64,000 nt of DNA, from contig CAJINV010000002.1 in NCBI GenBank assembly GCA_905178155.1, positions 10,952,634 through 11,016,633 of the forward strand, given 5' to 3'. Of this stretch, positions 25,093 through 38,200 are shown one piece after another; the stretch's first letter is position 1, and every line of letters starts with the position of its first letter. The notes beneath the pieces were generated by a model. That model had not been told where the DNA came from, did no database searches, and saw nothing but the letters and a program-made list of their open reading frames with translations. Source of the DNA: Amoebophrya sp. A120 (lineage: Eukaryota > Protista > Dinoflagellata). A program made the position numbers and the translations under genes.

Positions 25093-28000
25093 ATGCTGTG
25101 GCCATGCACTGACTTGATTTCTGTATCTATTCCGCGCAAGCATTACCATGATCTCGTCTCGCGAGTGATCCTGATTCTCCTGTTCGGGATTTTTGCTTCG
25201 CGCGATGCTTTTAGTCTTGTCGGGCCGGGAACAACCACTCCACACGCGTTCTTTGTGCACGGAGGCTGGATCCGTCCCCGCAACAAGAAGTTCCATCTCT
25301 GGGTTCGGCAAGGTCCGCGATCTACCCGGGAAGCTTCGAGCACTTTTGCGAAAAGCGGGGGGCTGCCCATCCTGTCGGTGTACACGGGTCGACGGTACAT
25401 ACGGGTCCGCAACGACGCGAAGCTCGTCACGGATCACGAGCGCTCTCTTGCGTATCGACAGGGCGACGAAGAAAATGATCCAGTGAATAGCTTCCTGCAG
25501 AAACAGCGACAAAACCACATCACTCAGATGACAAAAACTTGTAAGTCGGAAGCTGTCCTATGAACTGCAAAAGTGTCGTACTCGTATAAATGCATGACAA
25601 ATTCCCTCAGCATGAGAATTCAGATTTGTAATGCTGATTTGACTTAACGAAAAGATTTGTAATGCATGATTGCAATACGAATACGATACTTTTGCACAGG
25701 ATATGTCCGGTATGATGACAACTTTGACCACGTGGATAACATTTTTCAGCTCGGAGCCGATGCCGCAGATGAAGATCCGTACAACAAGGGTAATAATCAG
25801 TTTGGGCGGACGACGGAGTACAATGAGAAGGAAACGAGACAGCGCGACGCCGACGCACAGGAGCAGCGATCTCTAGCCTACTCTTTGCTTCCCGGCTACA
25901 GGTACGCGGAGCTGCGTTGGTGTACGCCCGCGAACGTGCGGAGCAAGGTGTGGACGTGGATAACCACCGCCATGGTCCAGGTACCCTGCATCGCCGTGGA
26001 CTTCCTCCGTGGGCGCCAGGCGGACCTGCTGCTGCCGGAGGAGGAGCGGAAACACGTAGAGTTTTTCGCTGGTGGGCGTCATTTGTACTCGTATCAGACG
26101 GGCGAGCTGCTGGACGACAGGTACGAGCGTATGTTGTTCGACATTGACATGCGGGAGTGGGAGCACGTAGACCTGCGGCAAGTGCAGCACGAATACGATA
26201 AGGCACAGCTGATCCAGCGCTTTTTTCGCCACGCCGGGCTGCTGAACGGTATCGAGCTGGTGGCGGACAGCGAAACTTTTGGCCACCGCACGCTGTTTAT
26301 CAACTGTAAAAATGTCTGGGTCTGGAAGAATTCATGTTTGTCATGCTTGTCCGGCATGACTCTTAAATCTGTCATGCACGTTACCCAAGAGCTCCGCTTT
26401 TCTGTGATGCAGAAGCGCAGTTTGTCATGCAGAATAGGCAACACCTAGGAGCTCAGAAACTTGTCATGCTGAGCCAGCATTTGTAGCCTCATCATGAGAC
26501 GCCACCCAGCATCACAGGCTTCCAGACCCAGACATTTTTGCATTTGATACTGTTCGAGCAGCGCGTCATGGGGCTGTGGTCCAAAGTGTTGACCCAGCAA
26601 ATTTTTCAGAGCGAGGCGGTGTTGAAATACTTCGAAGAGTACGAGGAGGAGACTGCAAGCGAAGAACGCAAAGCCGTGGGCAAACACCGCCACACCACCG
26701 ACTGGCACTGGCGGCGGGGGGTCATGAAGGTGCAGATCTCGCTGAGCGAAAGGGAGGAGCAACGCTGGCGCCGGCGGTTGCACCGTCGGATAACGAAGGA
26801 AATCGCTCAAGAAGAAAATAGCCGGTCACAGGGGCGGCTTTGTGGCAGTGGTGGTGCAGGGATAAGCTTTAGGAACGAAGACGGAGGTGAACCTCTTGTT
26901 GTCGCAGGTCCGCGTGAAAATAATGCTGCTCCTGCTGCTGCACCTTCCTCTTCGTCTGTTGATGTTCTGGCAAACAGTCCACCACTGATGTCGTCCACTT
27001 CGTCTCTAGTAACTTCGGACCGAACTGGCGCCCGTGTTTTTGCATCGCAAGGATCTGCACCTGAACTCGCAACACGGACCAAGAGGAACTTCGACGCAGC
27101 AGCGCCTTCCACCTTCCGCTCTTGTTGTCCGGACAAGTGCGCGGCCACGAGGGAGCTCATCTTCTCGGAGCTGTCTGAGTGTCGTGGATCAAGCATGACG
27201 GCATCACCCGACGGACTAGACGGCGGCACGGCGGCCCCACTTTTGTCAGCCGAAGCTGAGTTAGATGATCATGGTACGGCATTGGAGCCGCGAGAGGCGC
27301 ACGTGATCGACGATTTTTGCAGCACTGGTGGAGCAGGACTCTTTTTGCAAGAAGGTCGAGAAGGCCGTCGCGCTTCTGCTGCCAGGAGAATGAAAAGTAC
27401 TGCATCTTTTTCTACAACATCCTCAAATGGAGAACACCCTTGTTTGTCAGATTCCTGTCGCAATCGCTCGGAGCAGAATCCCGTCCGTTTCGAGGACGAG
27501 GAGGAGGGGATGGAGGGGACGCGTCTGGTGGAAGATTGCAACGACCGTTGCAGGAGTTTCCCAAATATCAACACGGAGGAACAATCAGCGGCCGAACTCT
27601 CCGCGCGCGGAAATATTAACTGTAGAACTTCCAAGACCACTACCAGTGCCAGTCTAATAGAGAATTTTCAGCTCGAGAGATCATATCGGCAACTATCGTC
27701 ATCTTGTCCGCGCTGTCCTGAAGAAGCCATCAAGATGAAGCAACATGACTTCGATGAGTGCGGGTTTTGGAATAGCAAACGAGAGGAGCTCGCGCCACCA
27801 CAGCTGCAATTTTTACGAACACAGTTTGAAGGTGTGGGATCATCCCATCGGATGAACACCATTTTGCTGCCCGACTCAACATCGAGATCTTCAGTAAAGC
27901 AAGTAGGTTCATGCGATAGTGGTTTTCTCTCCCGGTGTGGCTCGGCTTCAGTGGCTTCGACCCACGCACCAAGTAGCGCATCGGCGACGCCCTTACTGAG

Positions 28001-28556
28001 TTTTTTCGCCGATAGCGCCTCTCCGACGGAGCGGAAAATTTCGCAGAATTCGGCGGACGAACCGGAATTTCGTGAAAGTTTCTCCTCGGTAGACCATACA
28101 GTGCAGTTGTTCGCCGGTGATGTTGTGGTGGGAAACAAAGAAACAGATAACATTCTAGCAGGGGGGCTACTACGACATGCAGATTGTGCGTCGAGAAGAA
28201 TTCCAACAAGCTTCTGTCGCACCAGTTCCTGTCAAGACGCCGATGAGAACATGCGTTTTCTAGCACAAGACCGCCGCACAACTGATAGCACTTCTACTCC
28301 GGATTTCACAGCGACGGTCCGGGGATGTCGCTCCGCTACCTACAGCTCCGCCGGCGCACCATTGCATCGGAGCAGCACTGATACAGACTTACTGCTTCTC
28401 GCTGCTGCGCATCGTGAAGGAATGATGCTGCCGAGTGAAAGTAGCCGTACTTTACAGGACGACCCAGGAAGTGACGAGAAATATCATGGAGGCAGCAACA
28501 CAGGGGCAAGGACGTGGATTCCCCTCTTCGACCAGCATCTTGGGTTTCCGTGCTAG
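25093..28556 (+). CDS. Hypothetical protein (~1000 aa), exons approx. 25093-25558, 25709-26297, 26555-28556; 5' end uncertain
   Basis: ORFs 25030, 25666 and 26538 join in frame on removing two TIR elements (KSEAV|RYDDNF; GHRTLF|EQRVMG). N-terminal hydrophobic stretch VILILLFGIFA. Confidence 0.75.
25559..25703. mobile_element. Introner/MITE-like element, family A (145 bp), 5-bp DR TGTCC, inverted relative to the 1678 copy
   Basis: TATGAACTGCAAAAGTGTCGTACTCGTA...TACGAATACGATACTTTTGCACAGGATA. TGTCC at 25554-25558 and 25704-25708. Interior aligns to 1678-1817 as the reverse complement. Confidence 0.92.
26298..26549. mobile_element. Introner/MITE-like element, family C (252 bp), 5-bp DR CTGTT
   Basis: 31-bp TIR with 2 mismatches. 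CTGTT at 26293-26297 and 26550-26554. Excision is in frame. Confidence 0.93.
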
Positions 28557-30056
28557 CCCTCATATTAGCGGTGCAGAAGAATAACGAAGCTCAATGGAAC
28601 TTTTTTTAGCCTAAGTTTTATGTAGGTGTACCAGTACTAGATGATCTAGAAGAACTAGCAAGAAATATCAAGAAGTAGAGCTGCAGTGAAGCCAAACATG
28701 AGCTTCACTTCGTTTGCAATCACGATATATTACGCCTAAATAAATCAGCATTTTTTGTCGCAAGGCTGTGATTTGGTAAAAATGTTAGACATGCAGTAGA
28801 AGAAGAAGAACAGAAGTACAACAGCAGTACTGCAAGAGATATAAGGTAAAGGCCGCGTCGGTGTCCCGTGCGGGTAATAGATGATGTTGAATCTGGAAGC
28901 ATCGCATTTACCGACGCGGCGTATATCTTTCAAGATTTCTTGCGCGATATTTGCTTGTTGTCACCTTTTTGTGCTCTGCCTCCGTCCTGCACATCTCGCG
29001 ACGAGACCGAAGTACTAGTAGCATGGGCCAGAATAGTCATAGGGATAGGGATAGCCCCATTTGAGTGCAACACAGAAAGAGTATTTGCGAACGATGCGAA
29101 AGCGAAACCATGAAGAACAACGAGGACCAAGAAACGCTAGCTACAAGTAAGAGCAGCAAACGGCTAGGACTACATGCACCGAACAAGACAACTATGACAA
29201 TGCGGATACCGACGGAGACTAACCCGTGCTGCTGCTTGCAGATATTATGAAGACACGTTCTTAGAAGTACTAAAGAAGTGCCATAATTTTTTCGGACGCA
29301 CAGGCATCCTGATCGCACTCCATGTATTGCAATGAAAAATTCAGAAATTAAATGAAATCGCGTACTCCATTTACTGGCTTTTCCCTCAAAAGCCAGCGAT
29401 AGGTACACGACCTTGGTTGTTTGCCGGCGCGAGCGAAGAAAACGATTCCTCGCGATTTTTGCACGGCTGGATGAGACTCGCACTGCGTGTTTGATCGTCA
29501 GCCTCGGCCCCCGAGATAATTCTTTTTCTTGGTTCTTTCGTGTTGTTGGAATACCTACCAGACGTACTTCCTCACTTTTCTGAGTTCTTAACTAAACGAA
29601 GGATCGTCGTCTTCGTCATCATCGATGATTGAATCGTGAATTCGCTCGGTCACGACACCGAGGCTCAGCAAACTCGATCGACATTGTAGATGTTACCGTG
29701 ATGTCGATCAGCGTGAAGATGAGGTGAGCAAGTTTTTGACTTTGAACGGTCGTATTGTGTCGAGCAGAGGACGAGTGATGGTAGAGCGGGTGCGAGAAGT
29801 CTATAATTGATGTCGCCAGTAGTTCTCGTTTCGCGGGCGTGGGCGACGATGAATGAGCGGTCTCGAAGCTGCTGCAGGAGCGCTGTATTGTTTGAATGGG
29901 ACAGATGGAGCAAGGATATTATTCACGTTTTCTCTTTGTGTGATGAAGGTAAAGCCCTACTACTAGGACCAGTTGTACGTTGTAGTGTCGCTAGTACTAC
30001 TACCGCTTGAGGTTGATCCGTACTGCCAGTATCGGTTTCAATTGTTGATCACCAGC

Positions 30057-30781
30057 ATGTCCGTCTCGTTCCAAGTTGCCGTGGCCAAGAGCTACGAGAT
30101 CGCCGATGTCGACCGGGAAGCCATGGTAGAGTCGAAGACCAGCCGCAACAAGATGAGCTTCATGCAGCGTATAAACAATTTACTATTAATTTAGATATAC
30201 AATTTGATTTTGAATTTATTCTTATTGATTATGCAGATGAAGACGCTGGTCCTGGTGTCTGGTGAGTCGTGGTGAGGACATCTACTTGGTTGCGCCTACC
30301 AGTACCCAGCTCCGACTACAAACTACATCTTCACAAGTACCCATACATTATAGGGCATTTATTTGGTTTTTAGTAGGGGTGATACATTGAGTTCGAGGGT
30401 GACGTTCGTTGATTCAATAAAATGATTGCGCAGGTATGGAGGCGGACTCTTACAACAAGCGTGTGAATACGCAACTGTCCGACATGCGTCGCAACGACTA
30501 TCTCAAGAGCCGTGTGGACAAGATCGCTTTGGAAAAGTACTTGAGCTGTTAGCCTTGTGCATCCTGATCTAATGCAATTCCATCAATTTATTTATCCAGA
30601 ACAGGAACGAGATTGGTATATAAATATTCATGTTGAATTTGTATTGTATCCTCATTCCAGGACGGCGACACGCAATGCGGTTTCGATGAGCACCCGTGGG
30701 CCGACCATCGTGACGCACAAGAAGAACAAGCTGCACGAGGGTAAGGAAAAGCAATCCTGGGGTCCATTGGATATGTACTAA
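30057..30781 (+). CDS. Small hypothetical protein (~120 aa), 4 exons (30057-30168, 30237-30254, 30434-30536, 30661-30781)
   Basis: GC-rich, codon-biased blocks separated by AT-rich GT-AG introns. Reads MSVSFQVAVAKSYEI...SFMQ|HEDAGP|GMEADSYNKRV...ALE|KTATRNAV...GPLDMY. Exon 2 donor is uncertain. Confidence 0.65.
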
Positions 30782-32289
30782 CCGCAAGCGCAAGATGAAA
30801 GTTTTTGTATCAATAAAGTGACAGCACCAGCAGGTGGTGGTGATCGTGTTCTTGATCTACCACCATGTTCGGACTTTTGTAGAAGAGCAGTGCCAAAGAC
30901 AAAGTAAATCAATGAAATGTTGACAGGGACATTTTCCAGAAGCAAACGTCGAGTTATGTCGAAATGAATGAAAATCTACGGATATTAACGATAATCAAGC
31001 AAAGCTTGCAAAGCGACTTCGCCCCGTGCTTACGTTGTCTTTGTGATGAGTTTTTATTACTTTTGTTTATCACTCACCTGAGCTGAAATTCATTTGGAAC
31101 TCGTACCGCTTTCGGAAAACCACGAAAGGACTGGTGCGCAAAACACCAAATTTTTGAACTAGAACCTACGACAAGTATAGTACCCGTTGATACAAGAACC
31201 GAACCTCTAAACAAGTCAGAAAATCAACTCGGGATTATTTGACTTGGCATCATTAACGCCGAGCGCAACACTTGGGCTTCTCTTTTATTGTAATAACCAA
31301 AATATACCAATACCCCCACCACAACATGTGAGTGAGATTGTGAATCTCTCTTCTGAGCTTCGCAATCACACTTGTCTTCACGATTGTTGAACGTCGCAGG
31401 GTTCTTTGCCGCGAGCAGACGCTCCAATTCATCATCTGTATCGCAAGTACAAGTCGTTGCACAAATAAAGCCAAACAAAATTTCGGTGAAGAGTACTCAA
31501 TAGAATCCCACCAAACGTTTTTTCGGTGCAAGATGATCCATCAATGCCTTTTATCCTGCAGAGAAAGTGAATGCCATTTTTGTAGCGGTCTGGGCGGATG
31601 TGAGCGCGGCCGATACTCACACGCTTCGGTTGAGGTCAATTTTTCGTGGTATCTGTAGTCTGATGGACCACAACGGTCGCTCTGTTTCCCTGCTTAGTAC
31701 ACGAAACAAGCTCGGTCTCACCGTCGGTGCGAAGTTGTTTGTTACTTATGAACGATCATGTTGTTGTTCTCGGTAGCGGTATGGTGTAGGTATTGATGTG
31801 TTGTTATGGGAGAAATTACTACATGTCGGTTCCCCACTTGTGCCAGAGTAAGTTTCCATCGTCTGTTGAAACATGAAGCAATGGCATGAAAGAAGATCCG
31901 GCTGCACCAATCTATCTTCAGGCAAACCAAATTCTCCCTTTGTTTTTCTTTAGTTATTTCCAATTATTCCACCTCGAATGAAGTCGACACGGACACCTGT
32001 AATTACTTATATCTATGACGCTCCTTCCGAGCCCGGCTTTTTTAAAGTTAGCTTCTTTCAAACCTTTTCACGGAAAACGAAAAACTACATTTCTTCTCAA
32101 TTTTGCAGAAAGATCCTGACCATGATCATGAACATCAGGTGCTCCTAATAAATTCTGAACTGCGCATCTTCGTGGTTGTGTTGGTCTGTGGAAGCAGACC
32201 GGGACCGGCTCCTTAGAACTATGGAGGAGTTTGAGTTTCTGAATATTTCTCAGATTTGTTCGTTACGGTTAACGTAACGACGCGCGACC

Positions 32290-35200
32290 ATGCTTGAAGG
32301 GTACGAAGGCCAGCGTCCTGCGACCGCGTCGGGTACTACAGGGTCTCGTCGTGCTAGACCCGAGATGCACAAAACAAATACGTCGTCTGCGGCAACGCCA
32401 CGTAAAAAAAACGTGAGGAGACCCCTCATATCCGGGCTAGAAGCGGCGTTTAGTACGTCGTCGCTGCAACAAAGACAGGCGTCCGAGTCTGTAAACCAGG
32501 AGGGGTCCTTGCACGGAAAAAATACAGGGGACACTAGTAAGGAGCGCCACATCTTCGAGAAAGATAAGCGCGGCGTCGTGGCGTTCGACAATGAGCGACT
32601 CGCGTCGGTGCATGTGATTCCTGCAAAAAGCGCGTCTAACTTTTACGAGGAGGACTTGGTCGTGTCTAGCAACACGGCCGGGTCAGGTCAAGCTGTCTCG
32701 TCCGCGTTTGGATCCCTCGCGACGTCTCAGCGAGGAACGGGTATATATTCTACCTTCGAGGGTGCTCCCCGCCACCCGCTGCAAACCGCCGACTCGCTGC
32801 CCTTCCTGCATCAGAAATACGACGGTCGTGCGCTCCTGCAGGCGCGTGACGGAGTGAACAAGGCTGCTGCAGCTGGTGGTCTCGCGGAGAGTACATCAGA
32901 CGATCGAGAGTTTCGACTTTCTCCCGGGGCGGCGGGCGTAGCACCACTAGAGGGACTGGACGCTGAGACTGATGACATCATTGACGAGCTTTCAATTCCG
33001 GCGACGAGTGGCGTAGATGAGTTTCCTGATCAAGACTCGCAAGATGAACCAGCGAGACGACCCCTTCTGACGGACTCTTTCCCGTTGCTACAGGGCTCCA
33101 GAAAAAGAATTGAGAAAAAGGAGTACGGTTACAATTTGGAGGATTACAACCCCGCCGACGAAGATGAGCAGGAGGTCTGGCCGTGCGACACGCTGCAGCT
33201 GTGGATCTTTCGGCTGGTGCTGTTTTTCTTCACGCTGATGCTGCAGTACGCCCTGACGTACTTTTCGCGGAACTGGACCAACCGCCACAGCGGTTTGCCG
33301 CCCGAACTGATGACCCCGGCAATTCCTCACGGGATCGGAGCGACGCCTCTAGAGCGCATGGGTTTCGCGCTGCACGCGGTCGACTTTTGCGGGAAATGCG
33401 GCGCCAGTCTTTTCTTTGCTTGGTTTTGCACGGATTTCTTCTTCCGGCGCGACCTCAACAGCGACAGGACCTGGATCGGAAAAATGTTTCAGCGCTGGGA
33501 CGCGGAAATTCTACGAGAGGCGAAAAGAGATGAAGTAGTGCAGGGTGCTGAGCACCGAGTTGGAGAACGCTTCGAGGTAGTGCAGCAAAAACATGAAAGC
33601 ACGGGAGCGGAGACGGTCGGCGCCGGCGGAACCTGTTGCTTTAAGTTTTACAGGTGTTGCTGTCGCAAGAAGACAAGGAAGCGCGGCTGCTCTTGCTCCT
33701 TTCATCCTCTACGCACTCTCGCGCTGGTCCTCACCTCATTTCGCATACAGTCGGTGTGGCTTGCCCGGTTGTGGACGGTGGCTGGCTTATCCTGTCGAAG
33801 AGAAATCGATGACCTAGATCACGTCTCCTTCTTGATTATAGATGGAACTGCGAACAACTATTTTTTACCTTTCGCTTTCACTTGTTGAGGGCCAATACTG
33901 TTTGTATCTCATCTACCTGGACATAGTCAGCATGTACGGATCTTGCGTTGCTGCACTGAATTGCATCTTGAAGGAAAACCTGGCTCATGTGTTGATGCTG
34001 CCCTGCTTGGGAGGACTAGAGCACGTGTGCCTTTTGATTCATTTCAGGGGATCAAATTGTATCAAATTGCAACTAGTACACGACTAGTTTTGACGATTTT
34101 TACGCGGCTGGAAAGTCCGTTGATAGTAGTGACGAAGGAGATAGGATAAGGTCATGATCGGAGATTTTGCAACCGGTGATGCGTGATCCACACAATTTTG
34201 TTTCAGATGCAGCAAGATCTGACACACAAACCGAATGGTGAGCTGGTGGCTTCGTGGAGCGAACCCAAGAACCGGTACGACTGGGACTACATGATTGTCT
34301 GGATCGGAGTGTTGGGGAACGTGGCGCTGCTCTACTTTGTGACGAAAGTCGGGCGCCTGCGGTACTATCTGGTGGGGTCCAACATCATTTTTGTGCGCCC
34401 TCTTTACGTCGTACTGACCTGGTACATGTCGAGGTATTACGAAATCGGGTCGCCACTCATTCGCGGCGATGGGGTGTTGCTCTCGATGCAGAACGAGCGC
34501 AGGTTCTGGCTGTGGTTGATCTATTTCGGCACGCCCGCCGCGATGGGACTTTTGAACGCGATCGTGGTACGTGTCTCCTGGATCGAACTTAGCCACCCGG
34601 GCGATCGAGAGGACTGGGAGATCGCGGTGCGTGCGGAGCTCTTACAAAAGAAGTCGGCGTTGCTGAGCAAAGAGCACAAAAAAAGTACCAGAATGGTGCT
34701 TGATTCTAGCTCCACCATTCTACCCGGAAGCAATGGGCAAACGGCTGGCGGAGAACCGCGGGAACGAGGTGAAAATTATACGGGAACTGCTGCTCGTCCC
34801 CCACAAGAGGGAGCAGTACCTAAGAAAAAACCAGGAGAGCAGGCCGTCAAGTTCTTGGACGTCCCACGAATCAAAAGCGCCGGACCCGCTTACGCGAGGC
34901 AACTTCCGGAAGAGATAGGAGATTTCTACTTTATCGAACAGGACGAAGACGTGGAGCCTCCTTTGCGTACGTCCGCTGTATGAAATAGGACGATTTCCAT
35001 TGTGCTAGCATATGACCGTATTATGTTTTTCTATGCATGCTCCTACAAGAAAAGAAAGAACAAGAATTCAAATTTTGACGAGAAACAGAAGAGCCACGAC
35101 ATGCAGCAAGGAAGATATAAACAGCACGCGCCTTGTTGTTTTCGGATACAAGGCTAAACATTCCTTGCTGTCCCGCTGACATGGCGATACGGTTACGACC

Positions 35201-38200
35201 CCGTCCATGGCGGGCATCACAAATAACATACATGCCTGGTTGTATTTCTATGCTAGCAGCACTTTTGTACATGATACCCTGCTGCCGACGCACAGGAGGA
35301 GCGCGACGACGACGATGAGCCAGGGTATGGGTATGCAGAGAAAGAAGAGCATTTCATCGAGCAGACGGACGACTACGACAATTTTTATCTGGAGGCGACG
35401 TCAGCCACGAAAAATCGGATGTATGAAGTACTAGAGCACGACGCTGATGCGAACAACCTCCACGAGACGAGCAGCTACCCAAGCAGTGGCATCACGATCC
35501 CGGAGAGCCGGAAGGGTTACGTGGTGCCGTCGGACGTAAGCCTCGGGGTGCCCCCATCGGAGGATAAATTGACGTCCAGGACGAGTTCGACCGCGTTTCT
35601 CGCCGTACCAGCACCGGCTCGTCCACTGAGAACTGGTCGGGAAATGTTTATTGGCAACAGAGCAAGGAGATCTCTGTTTCGGAGGAGAAGACCTCCACGT
35701 GCTGGCCTCCGGGGTGCTACGGGTTGCTTCACGTGTTCCAAGTGCTGCCGAAAAAAGCGGTACTGCTGCGGTTGCTGCCGCGCGCACCTGCAAACGCAGG
35801 TTCATTCGGTTCCGTACTTGTTGTTTTTCCTGCGGATTTTGGGCCCTGCGGTGATCCTCAACGGGGTGATTGCCTGGGTTGTCAACTACGCCATTGGCAC
35901 CACGAACTGGATCCAGACCATGTATTTTCTGGTGTATTTCATGCAGAAGAACCTGGTGAACGAGGAGCGCGTAATCGCCATTACGACGTGGTGGAACTGG
36001 AACCCCGAGGGACATGCCCACGTGATCCGTCTGGCCTGGCTGTACGAGATCTACATGCTTTGCGTTTTTCTCACCGCGAAGATTATGGCCGCCTATAAGG
36101 TGCGGCAGTTAGGCTCAGGCACTGCTGCTTCCGGACGAAACACAACCGCCCTGTCTACTTCAACAGAAAAAAGAGCGATCCGGGATAACAGAGCAATGAT
36201 CGCAAGCCAAACAAGCAGAAAAAAAGTGGGCGAGCAAAGGGGCGAGCTTTATCAACAAGATGTTGGCCATTACGCACCAGTTGAGAAGCAACAGAATCAA
36301 CCGCGCAATTATCCTGCTGCTGTGCAGGTTAAGGATACTTCCGTGTTGCGGCACCCGGAGTTGTTTGGCGCACGATTTAAAGATAGTTCTTTCAGCAACA
36401 AGCTTGATCGAGAATCTGCGAATGGAGGACTGTATAATCTTGCGTACGATCACATACTCTCAAGTCCGCCGGATTCACCGAATTTCTCTCTCACAGAGTC
36501 CCCGCCGGGGTCGCCGCTGCGAGTGGCCCGACAGGCGGAAGGGGAGAGCAAGAGCCGCGTTGGAAACACGACAACTTCAACGCCTGCTGCCAGCTCATCT
36601 CCAGACGCCGCTCCAGGGCTGGCCTCCCCTGCGAGGATGAGCAAACAGCATGCTCACTTTGTTCCCGGGCGGGGCAGAGCGGATACACAAGAGACGTTGC
36701 ACACCAACCGGTATCTACTCTCCGGTAGCCACTACAGCCACCGTTCGGTCGGGGAATTCTATCGTCCGGAAAATTGATTGCACGCATCGCGCGATCGAAA
36801 CTTCCATCGGCATGATGATTGAATTGCAAATTTTCATGTGCACAAGGTCACGATCGGGACAAGAAAGGAAGAACTCAAGAACGTGAACGTCGGACACCTG
36901 AGGCATGGTCTTGCTCCGCGGCCTGTCTTATCACTTGCATGCTCCGGTTCAATCTCGATGTAGTTCTCTTCGGAGTTCTTTTCTGCAGCTGTACGCTGTA
37001 GTATGTGTATGCGACACATTGATCTGGTAAACTCTTCCAGTGTTATTTATCCACAGCTGCTCGAGCTCGATATACATAGATTGTCCTGCGGCGGTCATAT
37101 AGATATATTTAACTCGGTCGGTGAGGTCGTGCATTTTGGTCCGGAGGGATACAATTTTCCACGTACAAAGCGGCGTATCGGATGAGGATCTTCTCGGCAA
37201 TGAAACTATTCCCAATGTTCTCGGCGACCGAATTGGAAGCGACGACAACAGTGGACGCTTTTTACGCAACAAGACTTTCAACAACAGGTCAGTGCATGCG
37301 AGTTTTGCACGCGCGTACAAGCTGCCGGACGGCGCAGTCAGAACCGAGATGTTTGTGCCGGGTGTTGATGCGCAGAAGAACTATCAGCACCTGAGCCCGC
37401 GAGAGAGAACGGTGATGCTCTCGCGGGCCCGAGACAGCCTGAACTTCAACGTGTACGAGTCCTTCTTCCTCGTCTTCGGCATCATTGGCGGCTCGCAAAT
37501 CCGCGTTCTGGTATCGCTGGGAATGTTCGCGCCCTTTGGTTTCAAGAGCGTCAATTTCGACTTCGACCCCTTTGACTACGTGCAAGGGTTCAGCAACGGT
37601 GTCGTGGCCATGCTGTACGGCGAGTGGCTTCTGTTCCTGCTCTTCCTCTTCTGCACGGGATTCATGTTCAAACGGGTCAAGAACCACGTGCTACTCTGTC
37701 TCCCGCCGCTCTACTACAAAGTCCAGCTTCTCTTTCTGCTCATGGGCGCCTACACCTACGGTATAACGCACAGTCTTACATTTCGTTTTGAAAAGAGGTA
37801 ACATTGCGACCTTACCAAGGACGATATCCTTGTCTCGATTTTTGCGTCATCCACCTTGGTAACTTTAGGAAGTAAAACTAATCGAGTGAAAAGTCAATAG
37901 CTACTACGTTGTATTGATACCCTTAGTAGAGATGAGGATGACAAAGACCTCCACAGTGCCAAAAACACCAACAACAGCCACATTCGCGTGGGGCTTTTGG
38001 ATAGCCGGACCACAGGCAAAGGCGCTGGGTCCAGGCTGGACTGCTGTGTTTCCCACCTCAACTGGCGATTTGTTGCTCTCTCCGGCGCAGGCGTTTCAGT
38101 TTGTGTTCGGAATAATGGGGCCCGCGCTGCTGCTGTGGAGCTACGGGTGGTATTCGGTCATGCTGCATGCCTACTGTGCGGAGGCGCCGGAGAAAACCTG

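Noticed and set aside
33788-34148. Possible TATCCT...AGGATA element in the membrane protein gene
   Set aside because: Only ~9 bp of pairing and a 2/5 DR. Removal of element+5 nt runs into a stop, while a GT-AG intron (33823-34206) explains the join.
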